Of a stretch of DNA of 64,000 nt, positions 56,719 to 64,000 are shown one piece after another (positions within the stretch are counted from its first letter, which is position 1; each line of letters starts with the position of its first letter). The notes below the pieces were generated by a model. It ran no database searches. It saw only the letters and a program-made list of their open reading frames with translations, and was not told the origin of the DNA. A program made the position numbers and the translations under genes. This DNA is from Mantamonas sphyraenae STR306. Its lineage: Eukaryota > Protista > CRuMs. The DNA lies in contig JAPMXV010000051.1 of assembly GCA_026936335.1 (NCBI GenBank), positions 496,001 to 560,000 of the forward strand. Direction: 5' to 3'.

Positions 56719-58923
56719 TTGCGCGGCTCCACCTTGCCCACCGCCTCCCCTCCCTGCTGCTGCTGCCTGCTTCCACCTCCCTCCTCCACCTGCATCCCAG
56801 CCCCTTCCAACGACACCACAGGCTCCTGCTTCACCAACAACGTCTCTCCCACAACCTCCATCCCTCCATCCCCGCTCGCCACAACCCCGGCCACCCCACT
56901 CACCCCACTCACACGCGCCTCTTTGTTGATCCACCCGGCCTCCACAAAGTAGTCGTACAGCTTGCCCGTCTTTGCAACGTCGATCTTGATCAGCTTTCGC
57001 GCCTGGTTCCTCTTCAGATACCCCTGTGTCTCGCACTCGCTCAACAGCGTGTCCTTGATTCGGAAGTACTGCGTCGGTGTCACACGCACTCGCGAACACA
57101 GCTCCCGTTCCTGCGGCGACAGGTTTTCAAACGCTGGCAGCCCGCTGATGTCCAGCAGCTTCACGTCCGCCCGACCCCCCTGGCTCCTCGGACTAAACAT
57201 CAACCCTCCACTCTGACTCTTTGTTCGCCCGGGTGTCCTCTGTCCATACAGATAGCTGTCGTCCCGATTCCTGTTCAGCCGGCTCTTTTCGTCACGCTGC
57301 TTCGCCATAAACTCGTACTGCTCTGCCTCTGCCAGTGTCCGGATCCCCGCTCGACGGTACTCCTTGCACCGCTCCAACTGCGCAAACAGCGACTTTTCCA
57401 ACGCCACACCCGTCACAAACTGCTCGTGTTCCTCCAGACTGTGGAACCGCATCAGTGGCTTGCACAACGTCACAAACGGCTTCTTCAACGCCGCAATCTC
57501 TTTGTCCTCCTTCACCACCTTGCGCCTTCGTCCGCTCCCGTCCCTCGAGATCAGGCCCCGGTCCAGCGCAAACTCCTTCCGCAGCTGCCTCTTGTCCAGC
57601 TTGTGGTTGTACATCTCCATGATCTTCAGCTTCAGCTGCCGGTCCAGCGGCGTGTCGTCTTCGTAAAACTCCATGTCCGCCACCAACAGCTCTGCTTCGT
57701 TGTCGTCTTCAAACTCAAAGTCCCCTCGCTTTGGCATCCAGCCCGCAATCTCCAGCGGCGTCGGCTTGCTCCCCTTTGCCTCCAGCTTCGGCTTCGACGG
57801 CTTTGTCTTGACCTTGCTGTCCTTTTTGCTCGAGCTCGACGACGACGATGACCCACTGTGTCCCGCTGTCCGTGTCAGCAGCGTGCGTGTGAACGGCCCC
57901 TGATCTCTTCCTCTCCCTCACTCACCTTGCACGGCTCGGCATCAGCGCACGATTGCGCAGATACGCCGCCACCTCCTGACGCGATCCCAGAAGCTGTGAC
58001 TCCGGATCCTGCAACCCGTCCACGTTGTCCCTCTTGTGTCAGCCGCTGGGTCGCTCGAGCAAATTGCTCACGTCCGCACACTCTCTCTCTTGCTCTCTCT
58101 CGTTTTCCACAGTCCATGCGTGCCACACACCCTGCACCGCACATCCTGCACACCCAGCGTGTCGCCACACACCCATGCTCCTCCCCGTGCTTCCACTCAC
58201 CGGTGCTGGTGCTGTCGCTGTGTTGACATAGAACCGCAAGTAGTGCTCGTGACACTGCTCGGCGCTCTTTGTGCTCACGTGTGCAGAGACTCCTGCCCAG
58301 TTGGACAGACCTTTCAGCTCAATACCCTCCAACAGAAGCAGCTCCTGTGTGTATCCGTCCCCGTGGGCGTATGCGTAGCCGCAACACACCCGTGTCCGTC
58401 TCCCTGTCAGCGCCTGTAGCCGGCTGTGTCTGCCAAATCTCACTCCCGCCCTTTCCACTCTCACTTGCCCGTCCGCCCACACGCCCACACGGTGGCCACA
58501 CAACCACACCACACCCACATCCGCTCACACACAACCCACCTCTTCTGCTCCCCACTCGTTCTCAAACAGAGGGAAGCTCAGGTCCTCCATCACGCGGTAT
58601 TTGTGTGTCGACTTGTGTTTCGACGGCCGCTTCACCGTCGCCGGATCGATGATGCTCGTCGTGCAGATCTCTGCTCCCACAGAGAAGCACTGGAGACACA
58701 TGTCCAAGTCGGAGCACTCTGCACACCGGATGCGCAGTGTCTCGGTGATGTCTCGCTGGCAGTAGTCGCAGTAGTAGCTCACGCGTCTGCGCTTCTCGTA
58801 CATCAGCGTGGTCTCTGCGTTGCGTTCACGCTTGCGGCTGGCCTTGCTGCTGCTCTTGCGTGTGCTTGTCGACGTCGTCGACGACGCAGGTGATGGTGGC
58901 CCTCCTGCATCCGATCCAGACAT
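56715..58923 (-). CDS. ADA2: Transcriptional adapter ADA2 (copy 2, near-identical inverted duplicate)
   Basis: Same exons and introns as 49019-51228, ending VEPRK* instead of VEPATG*. Confidence 0.9.
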
Positions 58924-59007
58924 TTCTGTTCGTGCTGAGTTGGGCTGCGTTCGCGCCCGCAGCGCACACCGAACCACAACTAAAAATCATTGGACCGTGC
59001 TGAGAGA

Positions 59008-60423
59008 ATGTCTGAACAGTCTGCGTACGATCAATTGACGGAAGTGGTTCCTTTCCTGGCCGACAAGCGGGTGGACGTCCGTGTGCAAGCGTTGGACCTC
59101 ATCATCGGCTACACCACTGTGGAGGACGCCGTTACGGTACTGAAGCAGACAGACGCTGCCAAGCTGCTGACCAAAATGTCTGGAGACACGAACATTGTAT
59201 GTGTGGGCGCGGTGCGTGAGGCGTGGAGCTGGCCACGGTGCTGACACAGACAAACATGCACGGCCCACAGGACTGCCAACACAAGACGCTTTCGTGCTTA
59301 ATCAACCTCTCATCGGACTCGGAGATGATTGAGCAGATGCTGGAACACGAGCTTATTTCGCGACTGCTCGAGAATCTGATGGTAGGTGTGTGTGTGCTGT
59401 GAGGGGCCGGGTGCCACGGACTGCGACGGAATCCGTCCGCCCGGCTAACACACCAGGGGCGCCATGGCAAACCTGCAGGACGAAGAGAACCCGCTGCTGG
59501 AACTCAGTGCCATGCTGTTGAGCAACGTGACACGCGCCAAGCCCGGAGCCGAGGCGCTGTTGAATGAGAAGCTTGCAGAGACACGCTTCTACGCTGTGGT
59601 GCAGCGCTTTTTCGAGACAGCAAACGTGGACCCATCGGACCCGCTGAAGTGGATTGGCACAGTGTTGATGAACATTTCGCAGAGTGAGCGTGGCCAGGAG
59701 TTCCTGATGAAGGAGAAGCAGGTTTTGTTGCCAAAGATGTTGGAAGAGATTGAACACCCGGTGTCGATCCGCAGGGGTGGGCTGATTGGCTGCATCAAGA
59801 ACTGCACACAGGATCTGGAGTCGCACGAGTGGCTGTTGAGCGACGAAGTGAAGATTCTGGAGCATGTGGTGCGCGCGCTGATGTCCGGGCTGACCGTGTT
59901 CCAAGACGATGATTTGCAGGCCATGGATCGGGCGTACGTGCGCAACCTGGGCCACAAAGAGCGCGAGCCAACGCCCGAGCTGCGCAAGATGCTACTGGAG
60001 ACGCTGTTTGAGCTTGGCCACAGCAAGGAGGGACGGCAGCGCATGAAGGACACCAACGTGTACGCTGTTGTGCGTGAGCTGGATAAGGAGGAAGAGGATG
60101 AGCAGGTCAAGGAGGCGGCATTCCAAGTGGTGGAGATTCTGCAGCGTGATTTTGAGAGCGATATGATGACGTCGTCCAAAGAAGGCGGCAGCAGTAGCAG
60201 CAGTGGCAGCAGCAGCAGTAGCGCAGGGAGCCTGGCTGCCCCCGAAGCAGGAGATGCAAGGGTGGAGGTGGAATCAGGTGCGGATGAGGCAGGGGAGGCA
60301 GAGGACGATGAGGACGTGGACGACGAGATGGACAAGGAGCTGGAAGCCATCCAAAAGGCAGAGCTGGAGCGCAAACTGCAGGGAGAGGACGACGACAACG
60401 ATAATGTGGATGAAGTGGACTGA
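59008..60423 (+). CDS. HGH1: HGH1 (FAM203) eEF2 chaperone; multi-exon
   Basis: 'VVPFLADKRVDVRVQALD', 'MLLSNVT', 'NISQSERGQEF', 'IRRGGLIGCIKNC', 'KEREP...LLETLFEL...GRQRMK..VYAVVREL'. Confidence 0.9.
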
Positions 60424-60456
60424 ACGATGCTGAATGGAATCTGCAATCTGCAACAA

Positions 60457-63025
60457 TCACCGTTTGTTGTTCCAGGCCTGGACCTGTGTGTAGCGGTTCG
60501 CTTTGCCCTGCGCCTCGCCGACAAGGTCGCGCTTGTTGCGCACTTTTTTGAGCTTGCCTCGATCCATTTCGAGGTCTTCCGCGTCTCGATATCGCTTCTT
60601 GGGCTCTTGCAGCTCTCGATTCCTCTTGATCATACGCGCCCTGGCGGCTTGAAACTTCTCGACGCCTTCCCAGTGGTCAGCATGCTCGTTGATTGCATGC
60701 TGGTTCTGCAGAGCCAAACTGACGTGTCGGCTCCTCTGCGGAGTGGCCATAGCACGGTTGTTGCGCTCTCGCTTCTGTCCATCGACCACCACCTGCACGG
60801 TGCGCTTGCCTTTCTTTTTCCTGGGCGACAACGTGACTACGGGTACCTGCGCCTCCTGTTCATCGTTGTCATCCTGTTCGTCATCGCTCTCTACGCTGTG
60901 TGATGATCGTCGTCGTCGTCGTCGTCGTCGTCCTGTGTCCAAAGCGCCGACGATTTGCCCGGAGCGGGCGATTGGAAGAAAGATCGGTGCTGTGTCGGTT
61001 CTGTGTCGTTGTCTTGGTCGTTGCCATCATCCTTGTCACGCGGTGGTGTTTGTGTCTTGAGGGCGATCTTTTTCTTTTGCTTGAGCAGCTTGAGGAGCTG
61101 TTTGCGGTTCTTGCGTAGCAGCTCCTTCTTCTGCTTGCGTTTCTGCACGACGAGAAACTTTTCGCGGTCGATGCGCTCGCCAAGGTCTTCCAAGCCACTG
61201 GTAGGTCGTTTGGGAGACGCCGTAGTCTCTTCCTTGGGCTTGGCCTTTAAGGATTTGATGCGTTTGAACAGCGACTGCTTCCGGGATTTGAGGACCTCTT
61301 TTTCGTGATGATGGTCATGGTGATGTTTTCGATGCACCTCATGATCAATCTCTTTGTCATCGTCATCATCTTTGTCATCGTCATCATCATCAATGTCTCG
61401 GTCTTGCTGCATGCCGGCCAGCTTTTCGGCCTGGCGTTTGGCCACGGTGCGGGTGACGGGATTGTTGCGCTCGTAGAAGAGCATGTAGGCTTTCTGGGAG
61501 AGCACGGTCTTTGCACTGACTTGTGAAACATCGCTGTCATCCATGCAGTACCAGACACCGTTGCTGGCGCGGACATAGGCGTAATAGTGGCCGGAGGAAA
61601 GACTCCAGCCGCTGTGGACAAGGACGCCATAGAGGGCGTAGGTTGGGGCTGGACCCACGGCGCCATCTGGGCCATTCGCACTCATGACGCCATCAAGGGT
61701 GAGATTGAGCGAAAACTCGACGTGGTGGTTGAGCTTGGAGCCGCCTCCGCCGCCGCCGTACATGCCAAAGGCGCCGCCAAAGCCATAATCGAAGCGTTTG
61801 AGATGGATGCAGAGGAGATTGGGGGCGTCAAAGACTGTAAACTGCTTCTTTGCGCGGACCATTCGATTGCAGCCGCCGCACTTCCACTTGTTGTCCTCGT
61901 CCAAGATTTCGGGTTTGCTGTAGCGGCGGAGCGCCTTTGCGATGGACTTTGTGCGAGCGACATCGAGGCTGAGATCCATAAAGGTGTCGTAGGTGTTGCT
62001 TTCGAAGCCGCAGCGGGTGCATTTGACCTGGGACTGGAGATGGCCGCCAAAGAGTTGGTGGACGACGGTGGTCTCCTGGATTACGGGAGGAAGGGATCTG
62101 TGGGAGCAGGAGAAAGGAGCAGTGGGTGGAAAGGCGTGAGAAGAAAGGGTTGGGGGCACGCGGGGACTGTGGGGATGGCGTACTTTTGGCCGCGGAGGGC
62201 GGAGAGCTGCATGGCGTCGATGACAAAGCGTAGAAACTCGTGGGAGTCTTCCTGGCGGCCATGGCGCATGTGGGAGGCAATGGTGCGGAGGTTGGATGTA
62301 ATCTGTTTGGGTGAAAAGGCGTTGCGCTTGCTTTGTGTGCGTTGGATGAGCTTTGCGAGGGCGCACAACATGCAGAAGGATTGCTGGCGGCCTGGTTGGG
62401 TGTGGGAGTGGGGGGGGGGCGGATGCACAGGTCAGCGAGGGCGAGGATGGAGATGGAGATGGCGCGAATGGAGGGGCAGCGTACAGGAATTTGCGTGGTG
62501 GCTTGTGGCGAGATAGTTGACGAGCGGGGCGGAGTAGACGAGGCATTGAAGGACGGAGTTGAGGAAGCAGGTGTTGCCGAGGTTGTGGAGGCCGGGGCCG
62601 ATGCGACGTGTCTCTTGCCAGCCCATAAACTCTTCGGCGACCTTGTGCTGGGGAAAGAGAACGTAGTCGGGAGTGGGGGGAGCGCGAGCGGGTGGCGGGC
62701 TTGCGGAGCGAGTGGAGTCTGATGAGCGAGAGCGAGGAGGGCGGGCGGAGGAGGTAGATGATGAGGAGGAAGAGGAGGAAGAGGAAGAAGAAGAAGAAGA
62801 AGAGGAGGAGGAGGAGGAGGAAGCGGCGGCGAGGGCAGAGGTGATCGTGTGGGTGTGGCCGGAGAGGAGGACAATGGTGACGTCGTCGTCGCGGCCGTGT
62901 TCACTGTTGAGGAGGTGCTTCAGTTGCGTGGACTCTGTGGAGGTTTTATGGAAGCGAATGCGGCGTGGGAGGAGGGGTTGGGCACGGGAGAGGTGCTTGT
63001 CGACACGCTTGGTGGCGGACGACAT
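60457..63025 (-). CDS. USP36: Ubiquitin-specific protease USP36/USP42-like; multi-exon; frame change near 60900-60950
   Basis: Cys box 'GLHNLGNTCFLNSVLQCL', 'GRQEDSHEFLR', His box 'VLVHSG...SGHYYAYVR...WYCMDDS', C-terminal 'MDRGKLKKVR'. Confidence 0.85.
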
Positions 63026-63058
63026 GTTTTGCAGTGGAAAGCACAGCGCGACGGACGA

Positions 63059-63979
63059 TCAGAAGGTTCCTGAAGCCAGCTGGTGTCTCCACCAGTCGTC
63101 CAAGCTGTTGATATCACCTCCGGCCTCGATGAGGCAATGGACGGTTTGTTGACCGTTCGCAAAGGCGAGGGCGGATTGGCCGTTGTCACGCGAGTCGTTG
63201 GGGTCCGCGCCAGCATCGAGGAGGATAGAGACGGACTCGGTGCGGGCAGCGTTTGCAGCGACCATAAGAGCAGTGCTTCCTTTGTTGTCTCGGCCATCGA
63301 TGAGCGCACCCGCATCGATGAGGGCGCGGATGGTTTCTGGGCCGGCGGTGGAGGCGACGTGGACGAGGGTGGTCCAGCCGGGGTAATGCATGTTGACATC
63401 TGCACCCAACTCGACAAGGAGGGAGACCATGGACGGGTGATCAGCCTTGGCGGCGACATCGAGAGCGCGAGGTTGCATCCGTGGAGATGCATCGACGTCG
63501 ACGCCGTATTTCTCGACGAGGACGCGGACTATGGCCTTGTGATTGTTGAAAGCGGCATGGACGAGCGGAGTGCGCCCCATGATGGGACTGAAGTGGACAT
63601 CAGCGCCGGCATCGGCGAGGAAGCGGAGTACGTGGAGATGACCCGCAGCGGCGGCGCTGGCGAGCGGGCTTTGGGGGTGTCCCAGATGTGCATCAGTCTC
63701 CAACTCGGCCCCTGCGTCCACAAGCAATTTGACGCATTCGAGATGGCCGTGGGCTGCGGCCGTGGTCAGTGGTGTGGTGTTGCTGCTGCAACCGGGATTG
63801 CCGTCCACGTGGGCGTCCAGATTGAGCAAGGTGGAGATAGCCAGGGGGTGGTTGTTCTCTGCAGCGTAGTAGAGTGGAGGGCGTTCGGAGAGAGAACCCG
63901 AGGATTCGTTGATGTCATGGCCACGTTGAGCAAGGGCAGCGATCACTTTGCAGGCGCCCTCTGAGGCAGCGACACACAT
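63059..63979 (-). CDS. Ankyrin-repeat protein (5' end may lie beyond the window)
   Basis: Multiple 'TPLxxAAxxGHxxxVxxLVxxGA' repeats. Confidence 0.88.
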   Translation of the reverse strand: MCVAASEGACKVIAALAQRGHDINESSGSLSERPPLYYAAENNHPLAISTLLNLDAHVDGNPGCSSNTTPLTTAAAHGHLECVKLLVDAGAELETDAHLGHPQSPLASAAAAGHLHVLRFLADAGADVHFSPIMGRTPLVHAAFNNHKAIVRVLVEKYGVDVDASPRMQPRALDVAAKADHPSMVSLLVELGADVNMHYPGWTTLVHVASTAGPETIRALIDAGALIDGRDNKGSTALMVAANAARTESVSILLDAGADPNDSRDNGQSALAFANGQQTVHCLIEAGGDINSLDDWWRHQLASGTF

Positions 63980-64000
63980 GAGAGAGCGATTGAAAAAGGA

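Larger units (their letters stand above)
49019..58923. repeat. Large inverted repeat: arms 49019-51215 and 56725-58923 (~2.2 kb, near-identical) around a ~5.5-kb spacer
   Basis: Reverse-complement identity from the ATG to ...gtggagcc, with scattered SNPs and small intronic indels. Confidence 0.95.

Noticed and set aside
55867-57099. 410-aa ORF apparently fusing ADA2-region sequence to RFC2
   Set aside because: The upstream part is an alternative frame of the ADA2 last exon with a non-ATG start; RFC2 homology begins only near 56718.

Overview
Very gene-dense, GC-rich eukaryotic DNA from a flagellated protist (IFT56 and axonemal dynein light chain DNAL4 are present). Introns are short GT-AG spliceosomal introns with CTGAC branch points and (TG)n/(CA)n tracts, and intergenic gaps are often under 100 bp. 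About 33 protein genes are visible, mostly housekeeping: MAT1, CTR9, MAK11/PAK1IP1, TFIIH p34, SEC22, Elongin B, IPK1, NAA38, mitochondrial ACP, TOP3A, TK1, UCHL3, TBCA, PMM, ADA2 (two copies), IFT56, DNAL4, RFC2, HGH1 and USP36-like. The standout is an uninterrupted ORF of about 1,800 aa (20.8-26.3 kb, +). Its C-terminus carries a complete Fanzor-type RuvC/zinc-finger nuclease (DPG ... IGDG ... VNE-CxxC ... CxxC-NRD), and its N-terminus carries a motif series resembling a FEN1/XPG-type PIN nuclease. It is followed by the largest non-coding gap in the window, which is full of stem-loops (candidate omegaRNA). Together this is a candidate giant dual-nuclease RNA-guided system with no adjacent transposase. 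Other highlights are an NLR-like CHAT(caspase-like)-STAND-SAM-Cbl/SH2 protein and a 2.2-kb inverted duplication of ADA2 that begins exactly at its ATG. All calls are motif-based by eye; no database searches were run.
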